Source: a virus. Taken from it: 64,000 nucleotides of DNA. A model generated the notes under the pieces. It searched no databases. It worked only from the letters and a program-made list of their open reading frames with translations, and was not told the origin of the DNA. The translations under genes and the position numbers were made by a program. How positions within the stretch are numbered: position 1 is the first letter of the stretch; each line of letters opens with the position of its first letter. The stretch lies in the IMG/VR virus record IMGVR_UViG_3300010885_049871, positions 25,551-89,550 of that record; one strand, written 5' to 3'. Positions 32,114 to 42,385 of the stretch are shown piece by piece.

Positions 32114-33188
32114 CCAGCATTCCAGTTAATTCTGCCCACAACACATGTGACAACCCGCCACGATAAAAATGTTGAAAATTGTGTTCCACTATGGGTATGC
32201 ATGCACGGTGTATTTGTTGCCGTTCTTGATGGCTAAGATTGTCTAAATCTTTTAATACCTGGGTAACTTTTTCCACTCGTAATATATCGTCAGTCTCAAG
32301 ATCATAACTCTCATTAAAAATACCGTCAAATGTTTTAAATCCGTAACTGCGCATATACTCTAAACTGTGTGCTGGTGCAACCAACACAAACGGCATTTCT
32401 AAAGCAATGGCTTTGAATGTTTTTTCTGTTATGTGTGTCCTACGGCCAAAATAAACTGTTTCAGTTGGTACATACACCAAACTATCTTGTGCTTCTGCAT
32501 AGTTACCTAACCAGCAACTGGTCATTTGTTGTGATTCTTCGCCGGCAAACAATCTTGGTAAAATTGCATCATCGAACACTTGCGAAATATCTGGATATGT
32601 GCTACAATATTTGTTAGCTACAACGCTTATGTCAACATTTTCGTATTGGCATGTACGTGGCACACTAATATGATTATGTTCTAATCCTTGCTTGAATATG
32701 TTATACAAAAATAGTACACGATGATCACGCTTGCCGCCTACAATGCGATTGGGACTCATAAAAGTCTTTGTGGGCGCACGATCTCTTGCACGGGGAATTA
32801 AGAATGATTTATCGTAACCACGAAACCAGTCTTGGCAAGCCCAGCCATGATAAAAGTAGTAGTGACTTTTCCACCCATATGTGGCACATAGACGTTCAAC
32901 ATATTCGCCATGCTCACTTACAACTACATGTCCGCGAGGCTTTGCATGGATATCATTGTTGCGTCCAATGACATCGTCAAACAATGGCTTATATTCTTCT
33001 ACCCAACAAGGTTCTTGATCGTGCATCCATACATAGTCGGTTTCTACAATGTTCTCACTTCCCAAGTTAAATAAAGAGTCCGGGCTAGTTGAGCCAGGCG
33101 GATCACAAAAAAACAATCTCGCGCCAGGCTTATTTTTTTGCAGCCAAGGCCAAAAAGTATTATTATAAATCTCGTCTATTCTAATCAT
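32097..33188 (-). CDS. Putative glycosyltransferase (GT10-like C-terminal module)
   Basis: PTET...ITEKTFKAI...PF...GFKTF...NESYD. Confidence 0.5.
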   Translation of the reverse strand: MIRIDEIYNNTFWPWLQKNKPGARLFFCDPPGSTSPDSLFNLGSENIVETDYVWMHDQEPCWVEEYKPLFDDVIGRNNDIHAKPRGHVVVSEHGEYVERLCATYGWKSHYYFYHGWACQDWFRGYDKSFLIPRARDRAPTKTFMSPNRIVGGKRDHRVLFLYNIFKQGLEHNHISVPRTCQYENVDISVVANKYCSTYPDISQVFDDAILPRLFAGEESQQMTSCWLGNYAEAQDSLVYVPTETVYFGRRTHITEKTFKAIALEMPFVLVAPAHSLEYMRSYGFKTFDGIFNESYDLETDDILRVEKVTQVLKDLDNLSHQERQQIHRACIPIVEHNFQHFYRGGLSHVLWAELTGMLDGLLK

Positions 33189-35610
33189 GTTTGATGTATT
33201 TTATTCTGGAACCAAGCCCAATTTGTTTGCTCATGAACAAGCAGTAGATACCATTGAACAGGCACAACAGCAGAGTCGTACTCGTTTCTTTTGGTTTGTA
33301 AATTACTTATCAGATTATACAGACTTTGATTTTCTTTGGGAACCTGTACCATGGCAGAGCAAATACACGCACACATGGCCTAGCCAACATCATGCTTATT
33401 CGGGCACCTACCTTGTGCCCAAGTCAGGAGAGATCAACTACCACTTTCATGATCAAGTTATTCCTAACCAACACATTCCTGCTAATGTTAGCACTCTGGT
33501 GGATAATGCAGAATTTGATTACTCATGGTCGCCACATCCGCATGACCCTCCTTATATCTATGTGTTTGGCAATCAATGGTGGCCTGCTGAAGTATTTCCC
33601 ACTGTGCAATACACAGTGTCTGGTGCAACCGAAGTCAAGTACATGACATATCCCACTGCAAAATTGCCCAGCAACATAATTCATTGGGTCACTACCACAG
33701 AGTTACCATTTACTTTTGATTATTCTTGGCAACCCGACCCCGGAGACGCTCCTTATATCTATGTGTTTGGCAATCAGCATTGGTCAGGAGAAATCATGCC
33801 CACAGTGGAATATCATTCGCCAGGCGCAACCGATCGCAAATATGTACATTGGCCCCGTGCTCAATTACTACCAACTTCGGCATGCTGGACTGTGCCCGAG
33901 GGACTGACCGAGGTAGACTTGACTTGGTGTCCCAACCCCGGTGACCCGCCAATGATTTATCAGTTTGGTACTCAGTGGCAACGCACCGGTGGTCCGGTCT
34001 ATTCTGTAACAAGCGCAACAGAAACCAAGTATGAAATCAAGTATGTGAGTTATCCTAGAGCTACCAAAGTTGTTAGAGATCCGGACTGGACAGTGCCAGA
34101 CGGTGTAGATACCAGTACATTTGATTGGACCTGGCATCCAGATGCAACTGAACCACCATATGTGTATCAATTTGGCACACAGCATCAACGCACCGGTGGC
34201 CCTTGCTACACTGTCCCGACAGCGACCGAAGTCAAGTATGTGGATCAGATACGCATCCAGGCAGATGCTACGACAGCAGTGATTTATGAAATTGATCACT
34301 TGGATGGTAATGCAGGACAAATACTCAACACTGTAAAACGTGTACGTTATTTTGACAACTATCGAGATACCCTGATACGACTGGCCAAAAGCATTGGTCC
34401 AGAACATGAATGGGTGTGGGTATGCAGTAGCATTTGCGACTACGCAGGCTTTGACTTTAGCTGGCATCCAGAACAATGGCAAGCCACAATGCTGCATGTA
34501 TTCAGTTCAGGCGAACAAAAATTTGGTGACACCTTCTTTATGCATGTGCCTACTTTTGCTGCCAGGGCCGAAAAGAAAGCATTACTGGAATGGTATGATG
34601 TAAATTTTGTAACCGCAGCAGTGCCACGCAGACCCATGCCTGTGATAGAACACCACAACGATAGTCATGTTGATGCAGTTAAAAGCTCAAGCTGGTCTGG
34701 ACCACTTGCAACATTTACCAACACCGACTATGTAACAGGCGATTTAGTCACAGTACCACTATGGCGTGCAGAAACCAAAACAATTGTACCGCTGAGTCCG
34801 GGCGCTTCCAGTGTGATTGTACCCAGGACAGCAGTTGGGCACATTCAAACACAGTTGTATGACTATGCTTATATAGATCGAACACATCGCTTACTAAAAG
34901 ACCGACCACTGGATATTGTTTTTATCAGCAACGGCGAGACAATAACCAATGAAACATTTGCACATTTACAAAATGTCACTGGCAATTTGTTTAGAGAACA
35001 ACGAATACATCATGTAAAAGGCGTCAACGGCCGTGTAGCAGCCTATCATGCTGCTGCTGAAGCCAGCAGTACTCCTTGGTTCTTTGCAGTGTTTGCCAAA
35101 CTGTTTGTGGATGAAAAATTCAATTGGGACTGGCAACCCGATCGTATGCAACAGCCCAAACATTATATTTTTCATGCATTGAATCCTGTCAATGGATTGG
35201 TATATGGTCACCAAGCAATGATTGCCTACAACCGGCAACTGGTGTTAAACAATCCCGGGCACGGTCTAGACTTTACACTGGACGACGAACATGAAGTTGT
35301 GCCTATATTGTCTGGTACTGCTGTGTACAACATGTCACCGTGGGTGGCATGGCGCACTGCATTCCGCGAAGCACTCAAACTAAAAATCAGTTTGCCAGAT
35401 GTGGAAAATGAGTTTAGATTAACTCAGTGGTTAAGTACCAATCCCGGCAGTCAACACATTGCCAATGAAGAATGGAGTCGTTGGGGCGCAGAGGATGCGG
35501 TTGAATACTACAATGAAGTCGACGGGGATTTTGCAGCTCTTAAAAAGAGCTACGAGTGGGCGTGGCTAGCCAGTTATGCGTTTATCAAACGCAGTCTAGT
35601 ACCTGATTAA
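33187..35610 (+). CDS. 807-aa repeat protein with C-terminal GT-A-like domain
   Basis: ~7 FD.(S/T)W.P repeats; C-terminus (GV.G...A..AA, NGLVYG, AWR.AFRE) paralogous to 12385-13311. Confidence 0.65.
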   Translation: MFDVFYSGTKPNLFAHEQAVDTIEQAQQQSRTRFFWFVNYLSDYTDFDFLWEPVPWQSKYTHTWPSQHHAYSGTYLVPKSGEINYHFHDQVIPNQHIPANVSTLVDNAEFDYSWSPHPHDPPYIYVFGNQWWPAEVFPTVQYTVSGATEVKYMTYPTAKLPSNIIHWVTTTELPFTFDYSWQPDPGDAPYIYVFGNQHWSGEIMPTVEYHSPGATDRKYVHWPRAQLLPTSACWTVPEGLTEVDLTWCPNPGDPPMIYQFGTQWQRTGGPVYSVTSATETKYEIKYVSYPRATKVVRDPDWTVPDGVDTSTFDWTWHPDATEPPYVYQFGTQHQRTGGPCYTVPTATEVKYVDQIRIQADATTAVIYEIDHLDGNAGQILNTVKRVRYFDNYRDTLIRLAKSIGPEHEWVWVCSSICDYAGFDFSWHPEQWQATMLHVFSSGEQKFGDTFFMHVPTFAARAEKKALLEWYDVNFVTAAVPRRPMPVIEHHNDSHVDAVKSSSWSGPLATFTNTDYVTGDLVTVPLWRAETKTIVPLSPGASSVIVPRTAVGHIQTQLYDYAYIDRTHRLLKDRPLDIVFISNGETITNETFAHLQNVTGNLFREQRIHHVKGVNGRVAAYHAAAEASSTPWFFAVFAKLFVDEKFNWDWQPDRMQQPKHYIFHALNPVNGLVYGHQAMIAYNRQLVLNNPGHGLDFTLDDEHEVVPILSGTAVYNMSPWVAWRTAFREALKLKISLPDVENEFRLTQWLSTNPGSQHIANEEWSRWGAEDAVEYYNEVDGDFAALKKSYEWAWLASYAFIKRSLVPD

Positions 35611-35619
35611 TGATATTAT

Positions 35620-36429
35620 CTATCTTAAAGAATTTACATGTTCTTTTATAACATCATAGATAAGTGATGTATTAACAGGATAATCTATATTATCAAACGG
35701 TGGTCCTTGATAAAGTTTACACATCTTGGATAAATTAAAATTAATCCACCCTTGTTCAACAATTGTACAATTAATTTCTGTATCACTATTGGAAAATATA
35801 TCATTGATTAAGTAATTACATTTTTTAAACGATTGCCATCCCTGATTATATTGTATAAATGTTTTCCATAAATGATATAATGACTGATCGGGAAAAAATG
35901 CCTGACTTAAAAAGTTAGACAGATCAGTTAGTGCTATACAAAAATCGTTAAAAGAAAAAAATGCTTCAAACGGAAAGTCAAAGATCTGATTTGAAATTTT
36001 AGGAAAATCTTTATAATAAGGTACATACTCATCTTGATTATTAAACTTGCTATACCAACTATTTCGATACTCAACAGGGTTATTTCTAATAGGTTCTGAA
36101 ACTGACAATAGTTGCTTTTCAAACCCAACATCGCCAGCTTTACATAGTAGATTAGTCAACGCAATAAAAAACATATTATTGTTATTTTTTGGCATTATTA
36201 TTCTAATAACAGTATCGGTGTTTTCTATTTGTTGTTGACTGGAAAAATGTCCACATTTAATTTGTCGATTATTTAAATAATTTTTGTCGGGTGCATGAGC
36301 CGAATAAGTTGGCGGTTTAAATATACTTAACTTGCTCGGAGGTGTTTGCATAATATAAACATTACTAACATATTCTAGGAAATGCCCGTGTGTACTACCG
36401 TGGAAGTCTATTTTTATTATGTTAAGCAT
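35620..36429 (-). CDS. Hypothetical protein, very AT-rich
   Basis: 269 aa ORF; N-terminal G..GHFL motif. Confidence 0.55.
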   Translation of the reverse strand: MLNIIKIDFHGSTHGHFLEYVSNVYIMQTPPSKLSIFKPPTYSAHAPDKNYLNNRQIKCGHFSSQQQIENTDTVIRIIMPKNNNNMFFIALTNLLCKAGDVGFEKQLLSVSEPIRNNPVEYRNSWYSKFNNQDEYVPYYKDFPKISNQIFDFPFEAFFSFNDFCIALTDLSNFLSQAFFPDQSLYHLWKTFIQYNQGWQSFKKCNYLINDIFSNSDTEINCTIVEQGWINFNLSKMCKLYQGPPFDNIDYPVNTSLIYDVIKEHVNSLR

Positions 36430-37505
36430 GCTAATACCTGATCAATAACATAGTCCACTTCACTATCCGTTAGTTCAGGATAGATTGGTAGACTCAATGC
36501 TCGTCTACTCAATGCACTTGCAGCACTGACAATACTGGGCCCAGCATACTGTTGATATGCATCTAGTTCGTGCAGCGGATGTTGATAATGCACTCGGGTT
36601 TCTATGCCCGCAGATCGTAGGGCAACTTGCAGTTGGTCTCGATTGCTGGTATCAATAACAAACTTGTGAAAACAGTGAGCGGATACATTTGAGTCATCGA
36701 TCAAACAACGAAACGGTGCATCTCGAAATGCCGCCATGTATTGACGTGCAATGCTTTCTCTGCGAGCTTGCCATTGATCTAGATACGCAGTCTTCGCCAT
36801 CATTTGCGCACAGTCTACTTCGCTCATTCTTGAGTTAGAGCCGGTTCGTGCATGGCCGGATCGTTTACCGTTGTCACACCAGTTACGAGCATAGTCACTT
36901 AGATTGCGATCATTGGTGACAACGGCACCGCCGTTGCCGTAGTTGTTTAGATTTTTCATAGGGTCAAAACTGATAGCACTGGCTTCACCCAACCGATGAC
37001 ACTGGTCAGACAACCAGTGTTGTGCTGCATCTTCAATGAGCAAGGGTTTGATCCGGCGTAGGTTGTCGTGCAATGCTGCCCCATACAATCCAATGCCAAG
37101 TATGGCATGGTAATTAAGATCCCGCGGTATATCGCCAAATTTTATGTTGCCGTATGCATCAGTATCAATCAAGTGTATGTTCCATCCTGCTCGTACAAAC
37201 GCATTTGCACTGGCCGGAAACGTCATGGCAGGAATCAACACCGTGGGTGGGGTTGGCTGGACATACAGGCTATTCTCTGTACGGTAATAACCAGCCAGTA
37301 TTTCCAAGGCCTGCGTACCCGAGTGACACAGCACTGCATAATTTGAATGATTTTTTGCTGCCAACCATTCCTCAAACTGCTGAGTGAACGGGCCGTTCAT
37401 GAGATTGCCAGATGCTAGTACCTGATCAGTAACATCTAGTATCTCTTTTCTTAGATTGGCGTACTGTCTTTGAAGACCAGTAAACGCTATTTGAAAACCG
37501 TTCAT
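36417..37505 (-). CDS. DegT/DnrJ/EryC1/StrS PLP-dependent sugar aminotransferase
   Basis: SGTQAL, EDAAQ, SFDPMKNL (PLP lysine), G.NSRM, LSLP.YP. Confidence 0.92.
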   Translation of the reverse strand: MNGFQIAFTGLQRQYANLRKEILDVTDQVLASGNLMNGPFTQQFEEWLAAKNHSNYAVLCHSGTQALEILAGYYRTENSLYVQPTPPTVLIPAMTFPASANAFVRAGWNIHLIDTDAYGNIKFGDIPRDLNYHAILGIGLYGAALHDNLRRIKPLLIEDAAQHWLSDQCHRLGEASAISFDPMKNLNNYGNGGAVVTNDRNLSDYARNWCDNGKRSGHARTGSNSRMSEVDCAQMMAKTAYLDQWQARRESIARQYMAAFRDAPFRCLIDDSNVSAHCFHKFVIDTSNRDQLQVALRSAGIETRVHYQHPLHELDAYQQYAGPSIVSAASALSRRALSLPIYPELTDSEVDYVIDQVLACLT

Positions 37506-39073
37506 ACTGTTTTTTCTTTAAATTCTTTAAGAATCTTCTCAATTGTTTTCTTTGAAGGACTTACTTTTTTAAACAGTTGTCCAAAAATCATACGAAAAAA
37601 TTTATGGCGTTTGCGTGGTGTATCTTGCCACCAACTGGGCTCTTGATAAATTATAGTGTCAGCTTGATCGCACACTTTCTTTAAGTTGTCTGTGCCTCCC
37701 ACATCTGCCAAGCTGGTGTAGTAGATGCCTGGTTGTAATTTATCGTGTACATTATCCGTGGTGATTTTTACAGCATTGCGATCACGATCTCGCGCACTAA
37801 CTTCTAGGTACCATCCCAGTGGATGTACATGGTCACCAATGTACACAATTATTTTACCAAAATCAATGCCGAGATCTGCGCCTGCATACCCGTATTGTTT
37901 AATTAATTTGGCAAATTCAGGAAACACATGATCGAAGTTTTCTTTTCTAATCTCATCCAACGCCTGTGTTATCTGTAAAAATTGTTGCCAGTTCGCAGGC
38001 ACCACTGGCTGATTTAACCAGTTTACAAATTCATCAAATGCGTTATCATCTTTTAGTACTTCAATCACTTGAGATTTTAATGCTTGGGGCATGTGTTTAA
38101 TGTTGAGCCATTCAGGCTCAACCAACAAGTTCCAGAAAGGATCATTGCCCAACAGTTGTTTTACTTGTTGTTTTATCTGTGGCAAATAAAAGATGTTCAG
38201 TATGCTTACAGTAGTAATTGACGTAATTGTAACTGGAACTGCATGCTGTAAAAAATATGCTTGCCATTGTTTGATATTTGAAACTAATTTTTCATAGTCT
38301 AATCCGTGACGGGTATATTCAAAATGTGCGCCAATGCCATCAATGCTGACACCAATTTCAACACTGCGGAACCGATGTAACAATGGAATACGATTGACAA
38401 TGTCCGAGCTGCCATTGGTGTTTATATACAAGTCTATGTGCGAACTATTTCCGGATTCGACAATTTGGTTTATCAAGTTAATTACTTTTTTATTGTAGGT
38501 TGGCTCACCACCAAACAACTCCAGTCTGGCCAAATGGTTGCTGAGTACAAGTATTTCTTCAATTTGAGAATCAGACCAGTTGACTTCTTTCACATCAATG
38601 CGGTATATAGATTTACCTGTTCGTTGTTCCAGTTGTATTGCATCGGCGGTCCATCGACTGCTGTCTCCGGGATGGCAAGAACGACATTTTGCATTGCACA
38701 CATTACCACTTTTGATAGATAATAATTTAGGCCCACGACGATACTCACCGGATTTGATGTCTTGCATCACTTCTGGGTTTTGCAACAGCGGATAGTCACT
38801 GGTGTGATTCACTGGATCCCGCAGGCGAAGTCTAAGACTTTTTTTGCCGTGTGCTTCTTCGTCCCAACAACGATTACAAATTGGTGATTTTACATTGGAA
38901 AGGAAATCGGTCCTGAGACTTTCTATTTCTGGGCTGTTCCAACTTTCCGAAATTGTTTGATATTGTGGCGCCCAAGTGGTTCCGCCCAGGTACGGACATG
39001 GGCTAAAAGATCCCGACGGAGACGTAGTAATTTGTAAGAATGGTGCTACACAAAAATTATTAGATTCGTTCAT
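37502..39073 (-). CDS. N-terminal twitch-domain radical SAM protein with extra C-terminal domain
   Basis: CVAPF..PC..CNRC; core CNAKCRSC; start at MNESN. Confidence 0.85.
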   Translation of the reverse strand: MNESNNFCVAPFLQITTSPSGSFSPCPYLGGTTWAPQYQTISESWNSPEIESLRTDFLSNVKSPICNRCWDEEAHGKKSLRLRLRDPVNHTSDYPLLQNPEVMQDIKSGEYRRGPKLLSIKSGNVCNAKCRSCHPGDSSRWTADAIQLEQRTGKSIYRIDVKEVNWSDSQIEEILVLSNHLARLELFGGEPTYNKKVINLINQIVESGNSSHIDLYINTNGSSDIVNRIPLLHRFRSVEIGVSIDGIGAHFEYTRHGLDYEKLVSNIKQWQAYFLQHAVPVTITSITTVSILNIFYLPQIKQQVKQLLGNDPFWNLLVEPEWLNIKHMPQALKSQVIEVLKDDNAFDEFVNWLNQPVVPANWQQFLQITQALDEIRKENFDHVFPEFAKLIKQYGYAGADLGIDFGKIIVYIGDHVHPLGWYLEVSARDRDRNAVKITTDNVHDKLQPGIYYTSLADVGGTDNLKKVCDQADTIIYQEPSWWQDTPRKRHKFFRMIFGQLFKKVSPSKKTIEKILKEFKEKTV

Positions 39074-40025
39074 GCCAGTATTTACTTGTGTTGAGCCACT
39101 CATAGTATTTCTGAAATCCTTGTTCAACATCAACTTGTGGGTCAAAGCCCAAGATGGTTCTTGCACGATCAATGTTCAGTGCTCCGCGACTGGGAAAGTC
39201 AGCATCTCTGTCTTGACATTCAATGGTACCAGAACCCACAATCTTCACAATCATTTCGGCTGCTTGTAACAGGCTCACTGAATGTGATTTGGTAATGTTG
39301 TATGTTCGATTGGCACTCATGATTCTAGTTGCAGCAGCGACCACACCATCCGCAGCATCATCCACATAGGTAAAGTCCAGTGTTTCGCCTGCTCCGTTGA
39401 CTTTCAGCACACCACCACGCATGGCTGTCAGCATGAACTTGGCAACCACGCGGTCTTCTACATCTAAGGGTCCGTACACAGCACTGGGTCGAAGTATCAC
39501 ATACTCCATGCCGGTTCTGCGAGCATAGTCCTTGACCAACCATTCCCCGGCCAGCTTCATGATGCCATATTGTCCTTGTGGCTTACACTCGTCATCTTCC
39601 AGTACCTGATCTTCAAAGTCGCCGTAGACCATGCTACTGGACATGTACACAAATCTGCGAACCTGGTGTTTTTTGGCACTCTCAAGAAGATTGATTAGAC
39701 CACGCATCATGACATCAGCAGCGTGTGCAGGGTTGGCATTGACTACTTTTTGTCTGGGAAAGCTGGCACAGTGTATGATCACCTCTGGAGTTTCAGCAGC
39801 AACAATGGCATCTATGCGATCTGCATTTTCAATGTAGTCATGATAGTGACTACACAGTGCTAGTTTTTTAAGACGCTCTCCGATCAAGTAGTCAACTTCT
39901 TCACGCGGAATAATACCGTAGGTGGTTTGATTGTCCACAATGCTCACTGTGTCTTCACGCTGCTGTAAACGAACTGCCACATTGTGACCAATCAGTCCCA
40001 GTCCGCCAGTTATCAATACTTTCAT
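39060..40025 (-). CDS. NAD-dependent nucleotide-sugar epimerase/dehydratase (GalE/WcaG-like)
   Basis: TGGLGLIG; SSS.VYG; YG..K; DFTYV.D. Confidence 0.92.
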   Translation of the reverse strand: MKVLITGGLGLIGHNVAVRLQQREDTVSIVDNQTTYGIIPREEVDYLIGERLKKLALCSHYHDYIENADRIDAIVAAETPEVIIHCASFPRQKVVNANPAHAADVMMRGLINLLESAKKHQVRRFVYMSSSMVYGDFEDQVLEDDECKPQGQYGIMKLAGEWLVKDYARRTGMEYVILRPSAVYGPLDVEDRVVAKFMLTAMRGGVLKVNGAGETLDFTYVDDAADGVVAAATRIMSANRTYNITKSHSVSLLQAAEMIVKIVGSGTIECQDRDADFPSRGALNIDRARTILGFDPQVDVEQGFQKYYEWLNTSKYWHERI

Positions 40026-40285
40026 CGGTTGCCCCATTTCATTTGAAACCATGTATACACTTTTTTATCCATCAACATAAAGTCCCCGGCGCTGCTATAG
40101 TCCCAGTATGTTCCGTCTCGATGTATTCCTGCGTGACCAAAATTTTTCAGCAACCAGTTTTCTGCTGCCATGCCTGGATATCCTTTTATCCTGTACAATG
40201 TGATTGGCACAAATCGTTCACCATTCCATACCTGTTTCCGCACAGGCGGCCTTGGTATGACTTCTGCATCAATATACTCTATCAC
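40022..40285 (-). CDS. Hypothetical protein (C-terminal WFxxKW family)
   Basis: Ends YTWFQMKWGNR; start uncertain (GTG assumed). Confidence 0.5.
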   Translation of the reverse strand: MIEYIDAEVIPRPPVRKQVWNGERFVPITLYRIKGYPGMAAENWLLKNFGHAGIHRDGTYWDYSSAGDFMLMDKKVYTWFQMKWGNR

Positions 40286-40614
40286 TTGATTCCGTCCCAT
40301 TTGAGTCTCCAAAATGTTTCATTCTGTTCGCTGAGTCGTGCCATAATACGATACACCAGGTGGTAGCTTGCGTAATCCGTATACTGAGTCCAGTAAGGTT
40401 TGCCTACTGCATGCTCCATTACAAACTTGCCTGCGTCTGTTTGTTGCCATTCCCAAATTGGTGCAGCAACATATATGTCCGGATCCTCTACATCGCCCAT
40501 TTTAATTGTATGCACACATACATCACGAAAACGCACAGGCCGGCCGTCTAAGATTTTAGTCTCAGCAGCCAGCCGGGGTGCAAATTCAGTTTGGGTAAAG
40601 TTTGTAAATGCCAT
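40282..40614 (-). CDS. Hypothetical protein (C-terminal FxLKW family)
   Basis: GDVEDPD.Y.A.P motif; ends TFWRLKW. Confidence 0.6.
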   Translation of the reverse strand: MAFTNFTQTEFAPRLAAETKILDGRPVRFRDVCVHTIKMGDVEDPDIYVAAPIWEWQQTDAGKFVMEHAVGKPYWTQYTDYASYHLVYRIMARLSEQNETFWRLKWDGIK

Positions 40615-40634
40615 ACGCTAGTATAGCACAATAG

Positions 40635-41327
40635 TCAGTTGCTAGCAACCAGAGCGGAGGTCATGGGAAAAATTGCTGCAATGGCCTGAGCACATGCACG
40701 AGCAATATCCATGTGTTCTTTTTGTGTGCCATTGGCACTCCGTAATTCCATGTAGTGTATCCAGCTACGCAAGGTACCGTTCATGTACATGCGACTCACA
40801 GTGAGTCCTTCTGGCAGCACAGCTCGGGCTTGTTCTTTGGCAATGCCATTGGCAATGGCCCAGGAGTATTCTTGTTTGACACTGAACAACACACGCTGTT
40901 GTGCTCGTTTCCATTCATAAGACAGGAGCTTTTGTGCTTCGTCGGCCATGTCTAGTTCTATGCTGTTTTGTCTATTCTTGGTGTCTTGGAATCGTGCCTC
41001 ACGCAGCACAAACGCTTCATCAAGTTCAGCTGTAGGATCAGCATATCGCTGACTGAACTCTTGAAAGCTGAAACTTCTGTGACGAAGAATCTGTCTAGCG
41101 ATGTCTCTGGTGGTGACAATTTCGCAACAGGCTGAGACCATTTCAAGTGGGCTCCAGTGTTGGTGTTTGACCAAGTACCGAATGAGTCGCTCACTTGTTT
41201 CTGTGTTGACTTGACTGGCGGGATTGCTGACACGGGCGCAATACGCAATGAGCTCTTGGGCATCGCCGACACCCAGGTTGGCAAATTCTGCTGTTGGCTG
41301 ACTGTAGGATACAAGTTTAACATTCAT
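40635..41327 (-). CDS. thyX: Flavin-dependent thymidylate synthase
   Basis: RHRSFSFQEFSQRY ThyX motif; H.SPLE; EQAR.VLP. Confidence 0.95.
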   Translation of the reverse strand: MNVKLVSYSQPTAEFANLGVGDAQELIAYCARVSNPASQVNTETSERLIRYLVKHQHWSPLEMVSACCEIVTTRDIARQILRHRSFSFQEFSQRYADPTAELDEAFVLREARFQDTKNRQNSIELDMADEAQKLLSYEWKRAQQRVLFSVKQEYSWAIANGIAKEQARAVLPEGLTVSRMYMNGTLRSWIHYMELRSANGTQKEHMDIARACAQAIAAIFPMTSALVASN

Positions 41328-41629
41328 TTAAGTTTGTTTAATATTTTATTGGTTTCTGGTTGAACAAGATTGGCAACAGCAACTACATCCACAACAAAAT
41401 CTACATCTCTAATCTCTTTATCCAGTTCCAAAAAGGTACGAGTAAGCATAGTTTCAATTTCTTCTATGCTCATACCTTGTTTCTGAAGTGAATTCAAGTT
41501 GAAAGTTTTTTGACGGCCACCATGTAGTTTAAGTATTACCTTTTTGATACATTCTAGTGGAACGTCAGTTTTTGTTATGTCAGCAATTATGTGTTCCCAT
41601 GCGGCAATGAAGTCGTCATTTGGCTCCAT
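41324..41629 (-). CDS. Hypothetical protein
   Basis: Start at MEPNDD; coupled to thyX. Confidence 0.6.
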   Translation of the reverse strand: MEPNDDFIAAWEHIIADITKTDVPLECIKKVILKLHGGRQKTFNLNSLQKQGMSIEEIETMLTRTFLELDKEIRDVDFVVDVVAVANLVQPETNKILNKLK

Positions 41630-42383
41630 CAGCCACCGCAGTCTTGACTTTGTTAGGGCCACGAGTGCGACGAGCTGGCGCGGCAGGTTCGACCTTTGCT
41701 GGGGTTTCGCCAAACGCTGATCTTGAAGTGCCGGGACGTTTGACTGTTGGATCCATTTTTTCAGCATCTTTTTTCATTTTAGCTGCTTCGGCAATCATTG
41801 CTTTGGCATTGGCTTCCATGGACTGTGCCTGTGCCAACATGTTGGAAGCAATATCGCGATCACTCAACACACCATTTTCACCAGCCTTCAACACAGGTGG
41901 AGCAGTGTAACCAGGTGCAGCCTTGGCTGCTTGACTTGCTTTGTATTCTGCTTCAGCCCGGCGTTTGACGTCAGGAGCAACCATGCCACGGCTGGCATCA
42001 TTGTCGGCCAGTCGTTTGATGGCTGCATCGCCTTGCTTCATTTCGTTCAGCATTTTGTTCAGCTCATCCAATCGAAGTTTTGCTGCACCAGTTGGAGTAA
42101 CCAATACATCAGCAGTGCGAATCTTCTTGATCATTCGTTCCACATGCAGTGTTTCAAGAATTGGTCTGCCATCTGGAAGATAGCTGCGATGCAATGCATC
42201 TGCAAATTCTTCAGCAGCTTGTCCGATATCGCTTTCTAAAACTTTTTGCACAGCATCTTGCCAGTGTGCATGTAGAGTTTCTGGATAAATCACTAGACAC
42301 ATGTGATCATCTCCGGGGACCTGACGATATACGATGCAGACCTTGCGATCACCGTGTTTACCAACGTGTTTCATAAATGCCAT
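41616..42383 (-). CDS. Hypothetical protein with coiled-coil C-terminus
   Basis: 255 aa; SD GGAG upstream. Confidence 0.65.
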   Translation of the reverse strand: MAFMKHVGKHGDRKVCIVYRQVPGDDHMCLVIYPETLHAHWQDAVQKVLESDIGQAAEEFADALHRSYLPDGRPILETLHVERMIKKIRTADVLVTPTGAAKLRLDELNKMLNEMKQGDAAIKRLADNDASRGMVAPDVKRRAEAEYKASQAAKAAPGYTAPPVLKAGENGVLSDRDIASNMLAQAQSMEANAKAMIAEAAKMKKDAEKMDPTVKRPGTSRSAFGETPAKVEPAAPARRTRGPNKVKTAVADGAK

Positions 42384-42385
42384 TG

